Source of the DNA: Eledone cirrhosa
Taxonomy: Eukaryota
Direction of reading: 5' to 3'
Assembly (NCBI GenBank): GCA_964016885.1
Contig: OZ024742.1
Span: 357,368,001 to 357,432,000, forward strand
DNA: 64,000 nt
Each line of letters begins with the position of its first letter. The first letter of the stretch is position 1. Shown piece after piece: positions 1-13,835 of this stretch. The position numbers and the translations under genes were made by a program. Under the pieces are notes generated by a model. It worked only from the letters and a program-made list of their open reading frames with translations, did no database searches and was not told where the DNA came from.

Positions 1-160
1 ACTGCAAATTGGTCGTGGAGGTGCCACGGCAAAAAAAGCACCCAGCACTCACTGTAAGTGAGGTTGGTGTTAGGAAGGGCATCAAGCTGTAGAAACTAGG
101 CCAGAATCAGTTCCCGTCCCACCCTTGCAAGCAGGGAAAAGTGGACGTAAAAGATGATGA
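1..160 (+). mobile_element. SINE/RTE-derived 3' tail fragment
   Basis: GGTTGGTGTTAGGAAGGGCATC...GGACGTAAAA(GAT)n; the same motif ends the RTE LINEs at 14687, 27590 and 61731 and the SINE at 4957. Confidence 0.8.
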
Positions 161-350
161 TATATATATATATATATACATATATACATACATATATATA
201 TATATATATATATTAGAAAGTGAGGTTTTTTTTACAAAATGAAAAATAACCGAGGTGTCCTACACGAGTGAAAGTATAAAGAAAAAGAGATGAAATCGAA
301 AATGCAACTGAAGTCTTATATTTTTTAAAAATATATATATTTATTTGGTT

Positions 351-388
351 CCTTTACCGGTTTCGCAGTTCTTCTGCTTTTCAAAAGG
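351..388 (-). ncRNA. Minimal type I hammerhead ribozyme, U3-A8 core variant
   Basis: Minus strand CCTT-TTGAAAA-GCAG aagaa CTGC-GAAA-CCGG-TA-AAGG; stems I and II pair; stem III is the palindrome ACCGGT. Confidence 0.75.
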
Positions 389-486
389 TGAGTTGAGATG
401 GAGGGTCTGTGGTTTTTAACCAAATAAATATATATATTTAAAAAAAAAATAAGACTTCAGTTGCATTTTCGATTTCATCTCTTTTT

Positions 487-537
<51 letters not shown>

Positions 538-674
538 AGAAAGTGAGGTTTTTTTTTACAAAATGAAAAATAACCGAGGTGTCCTACACGAGTGGAAGTA
601 TAAAGAAAAAGAGATGAAATCGAAAATGCAACTGAAGTCATATTTTTTTTAAAAATATATATATTTATTTGGTT

Positions 675-712
675 CCTTTACCGGTTTCGCAGTTCTTCTG
701 CTTTTCAAAAGG
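675..712 (-). ncRNA. Second copy of the minimal hammerhead (U3-A8)
   Basis: Identical to 351-388. Confidence 0.75.
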
Positions 713-740
713 TGAGTTGAGATGGAGGGTCTGTGGTTTT

Positions 741-1132
<392 letters not shown>

Positions 1133-1208
1133 AAAATTACTTCTCATATGCTGATTTAAAACTGCACTATCCACAAGTGTTTTTTAGCCTTCATATCATG
1201 TCCTCCTG

Positions 1209-1275
1209 TTTTATCCGATGAAAACACAAATATTATTGCATGATGATGTTTGTTTTTGAAATGCGCATAATAAAA
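1209..1275 (+). ncRNA. Hammerhead ribozyme (CCGAUGA core) in a ~175 bp repeat (about 1135-1310) also present at about 60283-60442
   Basis: TTTTAT-CCGATGA-long stem II-GAAA-TGCGCA-TA-ATAAAA; stem III is the palindrome ATGCGCAT. Confidence 0.7.
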
Positions 1276-1305
1276 TACATGGAACTCCTTTAACCATCTT
1301 TTGAT

Positions 1306-1341
<36 letters not shown>

Positions 1342-1342
<1 letters not shown>

Positions 1343-1960
1343 GTAGGTCCCGGGTTGAGTCGGGGATAACCACAGTAAGTAAGGTTTCTCAATACATGGC
1401 AGAGTAAAATTTTTTTATTTTATAGAAGGAGCTTCTACAGGACTAGCACTGTTTCATTCAGATGAAATCTTCAGGAAGCTGGGTGTCATATTAAGTTCTG
1501 GTATATATACATTTAGGTAGTGGCAAGGGAGGGGTGGTGGATGGGGGGGGGGGGGGGGGGGGGGAATGGTATTTAGATACACAGGACCACTTCATGGCAC
1601 AGGCCGTTTTTTCTATGGGGAGTGGTCAATTAGCCAGAGTGCTTTTTTGAAATAAATAAATAAGTAAATAAATAAATAAATGAATAAATAAATAGATAAA
1701 TGAATAAATAATAAATAAATAAAAAATAAATAAATAAATAAAAAAATAATAAAATAATAAAAACCCCAAGAATAGTAATTCAACAGATATATAGTAGGAA
1801 AAATTTTTAGGTGGGTTGGTAATAGAAATGAAGCATTTAACAAGACCGAATCATGGCACAGACTGGGGTGAGTGGTCAAGTTAACATACAAGCCACAGGT
1901 GGCCAGAGTGTTTTAGTAGGATGGAAAGAATAAAATATATTTACATACTCACAACCACAT
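1342..1960 (-). mobile_element. PLE pseudo-LTR fragment related to family A
   Basis: 1342-1480 aligns with 2405-2538; carries a hammerhead. Confidence 0.7.
1430..1480 (-). ncRNA. Hammerhead ribozyme
   Basis: Minus strand AGCTTC-CTGAAGA-stem II-GAAA-CAG tgctagtc CTG-TA-GAAGCT. Confidence 0.8.
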
Positions 1961-2056
1961 ACAAAAACACTTACACACACACATACATATATACTTACAT
2001 ACACATACACACACACATACACATGTGTGTGTGTGTGTGCACACCCACACATTCAC

Positions 2057-2113
<57 letters not shown>

Positions 2114-2245
2114 TGTGTGCGCATACACATACACACACACACACATACATATACGCACATACACACACACATATATACACATATATACATATATACACAG
2201 GAAAAACACAAACACACAAATATACACATTCACACGCATACACAT

Positions 2246-2283
<38 letters not shown>

Positions 2284-2487
2284 ACACATACACACGTGCG
2301 CATACACATACATATATACACACACACATATATATATATATATACATATATATATGCATACATACACACATACATATACACATATATATATATATATATA
2401 TATACGCTATTCCGGGTTGAATCGGAGGTAACCACAGTAAGTAAGGTACTCAATACATAGCAGAGTATAACAGTTTTAATATAGATG

Positions 2488-2538
2488 AGATTCTACAGGA
2501 CTAGAACTGTTTCATTCATTAGAAATCATCAGGAATCT
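2488..2538 (-). ncRNA. Hammerhead ribozyme (family A)
   Basis: AGATTC-CTGATGA-TTTCTAATGAAT-GAAA-CAG ttctagtc CTG-TA-GAATCT on the minus strand. Confidence 0.8.
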
Positions 2539-3221
2539 GGGTATCAAAAAATAAATATGGTATTTATAGGTCTCTACAAGTGGTAGGAGAGGGTGGGGAG
2601 TGGGATGGGTGCAGGTCATTGGTTAATAGAAAAGGGAATTCATTAAAAGCTAATTCTACAAAGCTATAGTTTATTTTTATTTATTTATGTTTTTAGAGTA
2701 ACACGGCAGACAGAATTCTATAAACAGGTTCCGGATGGCATACCATTCCTTGTCAATAAGTTTCTCTTAAGCTAACAGATGTCTATAAAATCAGTGGGGG
2801 GTCAGTCATGGTCCATAGAATTAAAGAAAAGGGAGATTCTTTAAAAGCTAAAGTCATTAAGGTTCTACTAAGTGACAAAGGTCTAGAGAATTTTGCAGAC
2901 AGATTCAAAATACTGAGTGCATATCTTACTATTATCTTCGAACTTCTCTTAAACTAATCAACTATATGCCAAAAATCAACAGACACATTCACAAAAAAAC
3001 AAAAAATAAAAAAAACAAAAAAACACATACTCACTCACACACTTACGCGCAACCATAAACACACACACAAACACATATACACACATAAAAACACACACAC
3101 ATATATAAAAATATATAAATATATATAAATATATATTCATGTACACACACATACATACACACATACATACATACATACATATATAATACATATACATATA
3201 TATATATATATATACACACAT

Positions 3222-3266
<45 letters not shown>

Positions 3267-3389
3267 GATACACACACACATACACATACATACACACACA
3301 CACACATATATACACAAATAAATACACTCACACGCATACATACAAACACGAGTATACATATGTATAAATATCTATATACACACACATAT

Positions 3390-3435
<46 letters not shown>

Positions 3436-3782
3436 ATATATCCATACATATACAAACATACTCATGAACAAACTCTCTGAACACTGCCCGAACTGCATGC
3501 ACAAGAACTTTGCAACATTCAAACACTTTAAGCCAGTGTTAAAGCCCCATGGCTAAAAACGACCTCCCCCTATTGGCCCCTATACCTCCTCCTCACCCTA
3601 CCCCCACCCCTCCTCAACCTGAAATACGGCCACTATGGTTATGTGAGTACCTCTTTCGTATCTACATTTTCTGCCTGTAGAGGTGTCTTTATGTGCCTGC
3701 GTATATGCGTATATTTATTGAGTACCTATTTACTTGTATGTGTATATATTTGTTTGTATATGTGTATATGTGTATATGTGTA

Positions 3783-3853
<71 letters not shown>

Positions 3854-3945
3854 GTATATATATATATGTTTGTGTGTATATGTGTTTTATGTGTGTATAT
3901 TTATGTATGTATATGTATGTATATGTTTGTGTATGTGTATGTATA

Positions 3946-3988
<43 letters not shown>

Positions 3989-4091
3989 ATATATGTGTAT
4001 GTATGTATGTATGTATGTATGTGTATGTATGTTTATGTATATGTATGTGTGTATGTATGTGTGTGTATATGTATATATATGTGTATATGTA

Positions 4092-4130
<39 letters not shown>

Positions 4131-4179
4131 GTGTATATATATATATATATGTATATATGTATATGTATGTATGTGTGTA

Positions 4180-4224
<45 letters not shown>

Positions 4225-4242
4225 ATGTATGTATGTGTGTGC

Positions 4243-4296
<54 letters not shown>

Positions 4297-4316
4297 GTAT
4301 ATGGTTGTGTGGGCAG

Positions 4317-4360
<44 letters not shown>

Positions 4361-4499
4361 ATTTGTATGTATATATGTATATGTGTGTATGTGTGTGTGT
4401 GTATATGTATGTATATGTATGTGTGTATATATATATATATGTATATGTGTGTATATATATGTATATATATATATATATATATATGTGTGTATATGTGTG

Positions 4500-4536
<37 letters not shown>

Positions 4537-4571
4537 ATATATATGTATATATATATGTATGTATGTGTATA

Positions 4572-4628
<57 letters not shown>

Positions 4629-4763
4629 ATATATATATATGTGTGTGTATGTGTGTATATATGTGTGTATATATATGTGTATATGTGTGTGTCTGTGTAT
4701 GTGTATGTGTGTATGTATGTATATATGTGTGTATGTGTGTGTATGTGTGTATATATATATATA

Positions 4764-4812
<49 letters not shown>

Positions 4813-4956
4813 TTATGTATATATATATATATATGTGTATATATATATATATATATATGTGCGTGAGAGAGAGAGTGTGTATATATATTTTGTGTGTGGG
4901 TGTGTGTATGTGTGTATGCGCGTGTGTGTATATATATATATGTATATGTATAGGTA

Positions 4957-5277
4957 TCATCATCATCATCATTTCATTTTACGTCCACTATTCCCTGCTT
5001 ACAAGGGTGGGACGGGAACTGATTCTGGCTTGATTTCTACAGCTGGATGCCCTTCCTAACACCAACCTCATTTACAGTGAGTGCTGGGTGCTTTTTTGCC
5101 GTGGCACCTACACGACCACCCCAGTCCCTATCATCTCATTTTTACAGCTGAGTAAACTGGAGCAATGTGAAATAAAGTGTCTTGCTCAAGGAAACAACAC
5201 ATCACCCGGTCTGAGAATTGAACTCACAACCTTTCGATTGCAAGGCCAATGCTCTAACCACTAAGCCATGTGCCTCC
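4957..5277 (-). mobile_element. Full-length tRNA-derived SINE with RTE-like tail
   Basis: A box TGGCTTAGTGG, B box GAGTTCAATTC, TCCTTGAGCAAGACACTT body, (ATG)n tail; absent from the paralogous site near 14300-14530. Confidence 0.9.
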
Positions 5278-5414
5278 TTATGTATGTATATATATATATA
5301 TATATATGAATATGTATATGTGTGTGTATATATGCGTTATATGTCTGTATATATATGTGTATATTTATGTATAGGTCTGTGTATGGATGTGTATGTTTGT
5401 ATATGTATGGATAT

Positions 5415-5536
<122 letters not shown>

Positions 5537-5659
5537 ATATGTGTGTGTGTATAGATATTTATACATATGTATACTCGTGTTTGTATGTATGCGTGTGAGT
5601 GTATTTATTTGTGTATATATGTGTGTGTGTGTGTATGTATGTGTATGTGTGTGTGTATC

Positions 5660-5778
<119 letters not shown>

Positions 5779-6422
5779 GTATTATATATGTATGTGTGTA
5801 TGTATGTGTGTGTACATGAATATATATTTATATATATTTATATATTTTGATATATGTGTGTGTGTTTTTATGTGTGTATATGTGTTTGTGTATGTGTTTA
5901 TGGTTGCGCGTAAGTGTGTGAGTGAGTATGTGTTTTTTTGTTTTTTTGTTTTTTTGTGAATGTGTCTGTTGATTTTTGGCATATAGTTGATTAGTTTAAG
6001 AGAAGTTCGAAGATAATAGTAAGATATGCACTCAGTATTTTGAATCTGTCTGCAGAATTCTCTAGACCTTTGTCACTTAGTAGAACCTTAATGACTTTAG
6101 CTTTTAAAGAATCTCCCTTTTCTTTAATTCTATCGACCATGACTGACCCCCCACTGATTTTATAGACATCTGTTAGCTTAAGAGAAACTTATTGACAAGG
6201 AATGGTATGCCATCCGGAACCTGTTTATAGAATTCTGTCTGCCTTTGTTACTCTAAAAACATAAATAAATATAAATAAAAATAAAAATAAACTATAGCTT
6301 TGTAGAATTAGCTTTTAATGAATTCCCTTTTCTATCAACCAATGACCTGCACCCATCCCACTCCCCACCCTCTCCTACCACTTGTAGAGACCTATAAATA
6401 CCATATTTATTTTTTGATACCC

Positions 6423-6473
6423 AGATTCCTGATGATTTCTAATGAATGAAACAGTTCTAGTCCTGTAGAATCT
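6423..6473 (+). ncRNA. Hammerhead ribozyme (family A)
   Basis: AGATTC CTGATGA ... GAAA CAG...CTG TA GAATCT. Confidence 0.8.
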
Positions 6474-6487
6474 CATCTATATTAAAA

Positions 6488-6562
<75 letters not shown>

Positions 6563-6699
6563 CTGCAAGTACGTATGTCTCTCTCGTGTAAACTATACTA
6601 TACATACACATACATACATTTGCACACACATACATACACATACATACACACACACTCACAAACACATACATTCACACATATATATACGTATATACACAT

Positions 6700-8041
6700 A
6701 CACACACACACATATAAATTTTAAATTTTAAACTGGGCCTGATAGAGGATTAAAATAATTAATGTCACTATTAAGTTATTAATAGTATCATCAAGTAATT
6801 AATTACTATGTATTATTTATTACTTACTATTTACCATTCACTATTCGTTACCTATCTTTTATCCTTCATCTAATACCTAATCATTTACTCATAAATTAAT
6901 AAATAAATGAAAGAGTTAACTAACAAACGAACAAACAAACAAGCAGATAAACAAATAAACCAGTAAATAAGCAAATAAATAAACAAGTAAATAAATAAAT
7001 GGATAAATAAATAAATAAGTAAATAATGTAACTAAATAAATAAATAAATAAATAAATAACTAAATAAATATACAAGTTAAATAGATAAATAAATCATGAA
7101 CGTGTGCGTGCAGCATTTCATAACTGCACGTATGCAAACATGAGCAGGTATATACGTGAATTTGTGTGTGCGGCCACGGAACTTTACTCAGAGGCATACA
7201 ACACAATATATAAGACCTGGAGGGGAGGAAAGAAGGTAATAATGAGAGATAGAGGGGAGGAAAGAGGGTAATAATGAGAGATGGAGGGACGGAAATGGGA
7301 AGGGGGGCTGGGGTGGGGTGGTGATATGAGGGGGGTGTCAGTCGGGGGGCCGGGGGGTCTGTAGTTTTTGTAATTTGCATAGTTCTTGTGCATGCAATTA
7401 GGGGAGTGTTCCGAGATCTTGTTGAGGAGAGGGCCTTTGGCGAATAGAATCTCATAGCTCTCGGAGATACAGAGGTCACAGCAATTATGGCCTCCCGTGT
7501 ATGATCGCGCTCTCTGGAGTAGTCTCCATTGGGTCTTGAAGGGGATGGAGTTCCTTTTTAGGTGCCAGATGTGGGCGGCGAGTGTAGTTTGGTTAGATTT
7601 GTCTGGGCGCCGGAACGAATGTGTGTGGGCGTACCAGCGAGTCTTAAAACTATTAGAAGTCATCCCGATGTACGAGTTTCTTTTTTCATCGGGGCCTGAG
7701 AGTACATCGCATATATACACGAGATCTTTTTTTAGACAGTTGTTGTTGAGAGGGCAGGTCGTCTTATCAGGGCAATTGCAGTTGCTATCGGTTGCTGGAT
7801 GGGCTTCGAAAAAAGTAGACTTATTTAGCTTCTTGATGTTGTTGTTGGCTAAGTTTCTGGCTAGATTAGGTGTGGTAGAGTAAGAGAGTCTAATGGTATT
7901 CTTATTAAGGATAGTATAGTACCTATGTTGGGTGGGGAAGTGTTTTTGTAAGAGAGTGAAGAAAATTTTAGCTACAGGTGTTGAAACTTCTCGGTTGAAG
8001 GGGGGGGGGGTTGTACCAGCTAATGTGCCTTCACCTATTCT
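6700..8041 (-). mobile_element. Penelope-like element fragment (GIY-YIG endonuclease plus 3' region)
   Basis: ORF 7184-7720: VYICDV...SYIGMTSNSFKTRW...CDLCISE...LLNKISEHSPNCMH; upstream WYNPPFN linker. Confidence 0.9.
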
Positions 8042-8110
8042 TCCTGGGTGGGCGTGGGGCTATAGTAAGGTAGGTTATAATTTTCTTATTTTACGTCTCT
8101 CATATATATA

Positions 8111-8593
8111 TATTCAAAAGAATCAGTCACGTGACATCGAGGTCAATCATTGAAGAGTACACAGATACATACTTATGCTAGCAAACCACTCTTCACTGAT
8201 TGACCTCGATGTCACGTGACTGATTCTTTTGAATTTGCCACCGACGCAGTAGGCAGTGATTTTTTCAATGGCTTGGAATTTAGTCCACGCTTTGCTTTTT
8301 TCCATCCACTGAATTATTTTTGTATAAGTTCCCTGTGTTCACGTATTGCCTGGAAACTTAGCTGAGAATAGACTTCCCTGATGACGAAAGGCTTCTCCGT
8401 ACGTTTCTTCGGAAACTATGTTTATTCCCTTTCAGAAACTAATTAGTTGGACTGAAATTTTAGTAAGTAAGTTAATTTTATAATTTTCTCATTTTGCGTC
8501 TCTCATATTATTGTTCTGCATCCCCATGCATTGAACCACAAAGTTTCTAGGACAAAACCTATATATTTGCTAGCATAAGTATGCATCTGTGTA
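8111..8593 (+). mobile_element. pLTR-like remnant with two nested inversions
   Basis: 8111-8158 is inverted to 8189-8236; 8158-8186 is inverted to 8566-8593. Confidence 0.6.
8375..8451 (+). ncRNA. Candidate hammerhead with long loops
   Basis: TCC-CTGATGA-CGAA...TTCG-GAAA-CTA...TAG-TT-GGA; stem I is short. Confidence 0.45.
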
Positions 8594-8619
8594 TATATAT
8601 GTTACTAGATATATTAATT

Positions 8620-8688
<69 letters not shown>

Positions 8689-8695
8689 TACATAA

Positions 8696-8728
<33 letters not shown>

Positions 8729-8753
8729 CATATATACATATATATATATATAC

Positions 8754-8814
<61 letters not shown>

Positions 8815-8863
8815 ATGAAATATATGAAATATAAGAATCAAAGAACTGTTCAAAACATTATTG

Positions 8864-8910
8864 TGCTTACAGCTGTTTCCTCCAAACCGAGGTTTGGATT
8901 CTTCGGAGCA
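8864..8910 (-). ncRNA. Hammerhead (CCGAAGA core), inverted copy
   Basis: Reverse complement of 9960-10006. Confidence 0.7.
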
Positions 8911-9959
8911 ATTTATTAATGCATGGACAGTTATATGACCTCCTTTTCAGCCGAGAGACATACCAATACATATTCAAACATTGATACATATTCAAACATT
9001 GTGGGTCAACATTCATTACAAAATTTAGAGTGGCAGTACACACTTCGAGATTACATTTATATTAATAGGTACAATCAAAAATCAAAGATATAGGTTAAAG
9101 TACAACATGAAGATAAGTGGTTATATGGTGCAAATGTTATATGTGTGGCACGCATGTGCGTCTTGTTTATATAGTGTGGCAGAGAGATATGTGTGGTAGA
9201 GGCACTTAGGTAGGTAAATAAGAGTGTTAGGTTGGTAGATCTGGTGGCAAAGTCTTTATATGATTGATGTAGTCTGTGTGTGGAGAAATATTATAAGTAT
9301 TAAAGATAGTGCAAGCATTAAAAGTGTTATAGCCACACACACACTTCCGGTATTCAATGGCGTCTCTCGAAACGTAACAACCTCCTGTATCGAACTAAAG
9401 AACACCAGACTACGATCTCTAACTGGATTGTCGTGGATTATGTGAAAGGCATATAATCGAAATATACACTCCCTTGACCATGAAAATGCCGAAGTACATG
9501 AATTACTTGACATCCCTGCGTTGTGCATCTCCAATACTTATAACACTTTTAATGCTTGCACTATCTTTAATACTTATAATATTTCTCCACACACAGACTA
9601 CATCAATCATATAAAGACTTTGCCACCAGATCTACCAACCTAACACTCTTATTTACCTACCTAAGTGCCTCTACCACACATATCTCTCTGCCACACTATA
9701 TAAACAAGACGCACATGCGTGCCACACATATAACATTTGCACCATATAACCACTTATCTTCATGTTGTACTTTAACCTATATCTTTGATTTTTGATTGTA
9801 CCTATTAATATAAATGTAATCTCGAAGTGTGTACTGCCACTCTAAATTTTGTAATGAATGTTGACCCACAATGTTTGAATATGCATCAATGTTTGAATAT
9901 GTATTGGTATGTCTCTCGGCTGAAAAGGAGGTCATATAACTGTCCATGCATTAATAAAT

Positions 9960-10006
9960 TGCTCCGAAGAATCCAAACCTCGGTTTGGAGGAAACAGCTG
10001 TAAGCA
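9960..10006 (+). ncRNA. Hammerhead ribozyme, U4C core variant
   Basis: TGCT-CCGAAGA-aTCCAAACC tc GGTTTGGAg-GAAA-CAGCTG-TA-AGCA; stem III is the palindrome ACAGCTGT. Confidence 0.72.
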
Positions 10007-10257
10007 CAATAATGTTTTGAACAGTTCTTTGATTCTTATATTTCATATAACTGCTCTGTAAATCATCTGATGTTTTTACATTGAGCTACTTAACTTACTG
10101 GTAATAAGGTAGTAATACATTACTGCCTACCACTATTTAGGGTGTGTGTAAAATACTTACAACTGCTTAAGGTTTTGTGTTTACATAACCATAAATAGTA
10201 TAACTAATACTATATATATATATATATATATACATATATATATACATATATATATAC

Positions 10258-10318
<61 letters not shown>

Positions 10319-10466
10319 CATATATATATATACATATATATATATATACTCACATATATATATACATATATATATGATGGCTGCCCCCTCGTTATCGAGT
10401 ATGGCCATTGCACGAGGAGAAAAAAAATTAATAAATAAATAAAAAATAAAATAAAAATAACAAAAA

Positions 10467-10501
<35 letters not shown>

Positions 10502-10503
10502 TG

Positions 10504-10554
10504 AGATTCTACAGGACTAGAACTGTTTCATTCATTTGAAATCATCAGGAATCT
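10504..10554 (-). ncRNA. Hammerhead ribozyme (family A)
   Basis: Same fold as 6423-6473. Confidence 0.8.
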
Positions 10555-11191
10555 GGGTATCAAAAAATAAATATGGTATTTATAGGTCTCTACAAGTGGT
10601 AGGAGAGGGTGGGGAGTGGGATGGGTGCAGGTCATTGGTTGATAGAAAAGAGAATTCATTAAAAGCTAATTCTACAAAGCTATAGTTTATTTTTATTTTT
10701 ATTTTTATTTATTTATGTTTTTAGAGTAACAAGGGCAGACAGAATTCTATAAACAGGTTCCGGATGGCCTACCATTCCTTGTCAATAAGTTTCTCTTAAG
10801 CTAACAGATGTCTATAAAATCAGTGGGGGGTCAGTCATAGTCGATAGAATTAAAGAAAAGGGAGATTCTTTAAAAGCTAAAGTCATTAAGGTTCTACTAA
10901 GTGACAAAGGTCTAGAGAATTCTGCAGACAGATTCAAAATACTGAGTGCATATCTTACTATTATCTTCGAACTTCTCTTAAACTAATCAACTATATGCCA
11001 AAAATCAACAGACACATTCACAAAAAAAACAGAAAAACACATACTCACTCACACACTTACGCGCAACCATAAACACACACACAAACACATATACACACAT
11101 AAAAACACACACACATATATATAAAAATATATAAATATATATTCATGTACACACACGTACATACAGACATACATACACACATACATATATA

Positions 11192-11290
<99 letters not shown>

Positions 11291-11513
11291 TATACACATA
11301 TATACACACACACATATATATATATACAGATACACACACACACATACACATACATACACACACACACACGCGCACATATATATATACACAAATAAATACA
11401 CTCACACGCATACATACAAACACGAATATACATGTATATACACACAAATAGACATAGACATATATACATACACAAATATATATATATATATATACATACA
11501 TATATATATATAT

Positions 11514-11580
<67 letters not shown>

Positions 11581-11733
11581 CATACATATATATATATATA
11601 TATATACACACATACACACATACATACATACACATACATATATACACACACATACGTATACATATATATATACATATACATATACACATATACATATATA
11701 TATATATATATACATATATACACATATATACAT

Positions 11734-11770
<37 letters not shown>

Positions 11771-11881
11771 CATATACACACACATACACACAAACACACA
11801 CACACATATATATATACACAAATACATATATATATATACATTCATATATATAACCACATACATATATACATACATACACAT

Positions 11882-11932
<51 letters not shown>

Positions 11933-11993
11933 TATATATATACACACACATAAACAAATATATACACATACAAACACACACACATACATACAT

Positions 11994-12043
<50 letters not shown>

Positions 12044-12198
12044 TGTTATACTTTGGGAGGGTCATGTTGCCAATAAGAAACACACGCACCAGTTGCTTTC
12101 ACTTCAATTTAATTTATTAAATATTTATAAATTTACAAATTTATAAATTTCTGGTTGGTTGGTTGGTTCCACAACCAGATAGTTGTTTATATATATAT

Positions 12199-12243
12199 AG
12201 TCATAGTTCTTTCGTCACACACTCTGTGACCTCTTCAGTGACT
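12199..12243 (-). ncRNA. Hammerhead (family B), inverted copy
   Basis: Reverse complement of 13836-13880. Confidence 0.75.
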
Positions 12244-12327
12244 GGGGATTTCTTTCTTCGTTTCTGTGCCTTTCCTTTCTTCTATCCTACGCCATTTTGT
12301 TTGTGTGTGGGTTGCGTGCTCAGTTTG

Positions 12328-13536
12328 GTATGGTGGGACAGTAGACTTAAACAAAAACTTAATGAACAATTAGAAGACAGCTTAACCCTGATAATGTACT
12401 CCCGCTACGTAGATGATATAAACATCGTAGTTAAGACACCCCCACTAAAGAACAGTCAGGAACTAGAGAAAAACACAATGGAAAGCATCCAGCAAATAGC
12501 AAACTCCATCCACCAGAGCATTAGAGTTACTATAGACTACCCAAGTAGACACCCCAACCATCGATTACCTGTACTAGACACAGAGCTCTGGTTAGATACT
12601 ATTAACAACCAAAAACAAATCCTCCATTCCCATTATGCCAAACCCATGACTTCCAAACATCTGATCCACCGAAACTCGGCCATTTCGGACCATACCAAAA
12701 TCAACATACTGATTGCGGATTTGGTACGGGTGATGAGAAATGTGTCCCGCGTGTGCAACCCCGAAGAACTAGAGAGACACATACAACACTTCATCCACCG
12801 TATGCAGTTCTCTGGCTACAATCAGAGAGATAGAATCAGAGTGTATAAAGGAGCCAGAACCAAATGGGAAAAAATGGTAAATAATGACATAAATGGGACC
12901 TGCCCCTTGTATAGGAGCAAATTTTGGAATAGAATAGAAAGAACTAAGAACAAGGCCAATAGAATAAACTCATGGTATGATAGCAATAAATACCAGAGTG
13001 TAATGTTCATCAATACAACCCCTAGAGGCGAACTAGCCTACAAATTTAGAAGGGCCCTAAAGAAACATAATCTCAATATTAAGATAGTAGAAAGACCTGG
13101 TACCTCCGTAAAAACACTTATTAGCAAGACATACCCGTTCCAAAGACCCTCATGTATAGATAAGAAATGTATAACCTGTAAAATAAGCCCCCATATTAAC
13201 TGTAAAACTAGAAATGTAGTATATAGCATAAGATGTACTGAAGGACAATGTAGAAACAAAAATGTAGTGTACATAGGTGAGACAGCTCGTAGTATAGGGG
13301 AACGAATAAATGAACACTGGCGAGACCTCCAAGATAGTAAAGAATCATCTGTGCTCTACCAACATGCTAAGATAGAACACAGGGGTAAATTAGAGAGCAT
13401 AGAAATAAAAATAGAATCCACACACAAGAAAGACGCAATGTTTAGGCAAATTACAGAGGCAGTAAGCATAAAAGAATTAAAACCAAAATTAAATAGAAAA
13501 TATGAGTGGAACAGCAACATCACAACTTACAATTAA
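12328..13536 (+). CDS. PLE RT C-terminal half plus GIY-YIG endonuclease (5'-truncated, uninterrupted)
   Basis: YSRYVDDINIVV, LPVLD, C-x4-C-x2-C linker, VVYSIRC...YIGETARSIGERINEH. Confidence 0.9.
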   Translation, partial: VWWDSRLKQKLNEQLEDSLTLIMYSRYVDDINIVVKTPPLKNSQELEKNTMESIQQIANSIHQSIRVTIDYPSRHPNHRLPVLDTELWLDTINNQKQILHSHYAKPMTSKHLIHRNSAISDHTKINILIADLVRVMRNVSRVCNPEELERHIQHFIHRMQFSGYNQRDRIRVYKGARTKWEKMVNNDINGTCPLYRSKFWNRIERTKNKANRINSWYDSNKYQSVMFINTTPRGELAYKFRRALKKHNLNIKIVERPGTSVKTLISKTYPFQRPSCIDKKCITCKISPHINCKTRNVVYSIRCTEGQCRNKNVVYIGETARSIGERINEHWRDLQDSKESSVLYQHAKIEHRGKLESIEIKIESTHKKDAMFRQITEAVSIKELKPKLNRKYEWNSNITTYN

Positions 13537-13835
13537 GGACAAAATGAAAACACACACACACATAGAACAAACAACTTACAATTGAAAACACACACAAAAT
13601 GAAAACACACACAAGACAAAATGAAAACACACACACACACATAGAACAAACAACCAACCAACAATAAATAAATAAATAAACAAACAAATATAAATAGAAA
13701 AATAGAAAAATGAACACAAACACACACAGACACCCGGATGTGGTGCATGCGCAAACTGAGCACGCAACCCACACACAAACAAAATGGCGTAGGATAGAAG
13801 AAAGGAAAGGCACAGAAACGAAGAAAGAAATCCCC

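Larger units (their letters stand above)
213..740 (-). mobile_element. PLE pseudo-LTR/retrozyme-like remnant: two direct copies (213-417, 536-740) plus an inverted piece (418-493 = revcomp of 275-350)
   Basis: Direct and inverted repeats visible; each direct copy carries a hammerhead; embedded in (TA)n. Confidence 0.7.
8823..10210 (+). mobile_element. Fold-back PLE-type remnant: ~510 bp inverted arms (8823-9331, 9539-10048) around a ~207 bp spacer
   Basis: Near-perfect inverted repeat; a hammerhead in each arm; flanked by (TA)n. Confidence 0.8.

Noticed and set aside
5205-5277. tRNA gene
   Set aside because: A and B boxes belong to a SINE head followed by SINE body and tail
10376-10420. Short GC-rich hairpin island in (TA)n as a possible ribozyme
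   Set aside because: No ribozyme core; resembles an extremely truncated RTE 3' end on minus
12163-12327. N-terminus of the 457 aa ORF
   Set aside because: It is the inverted pLTR read through in frame, not PLE protein
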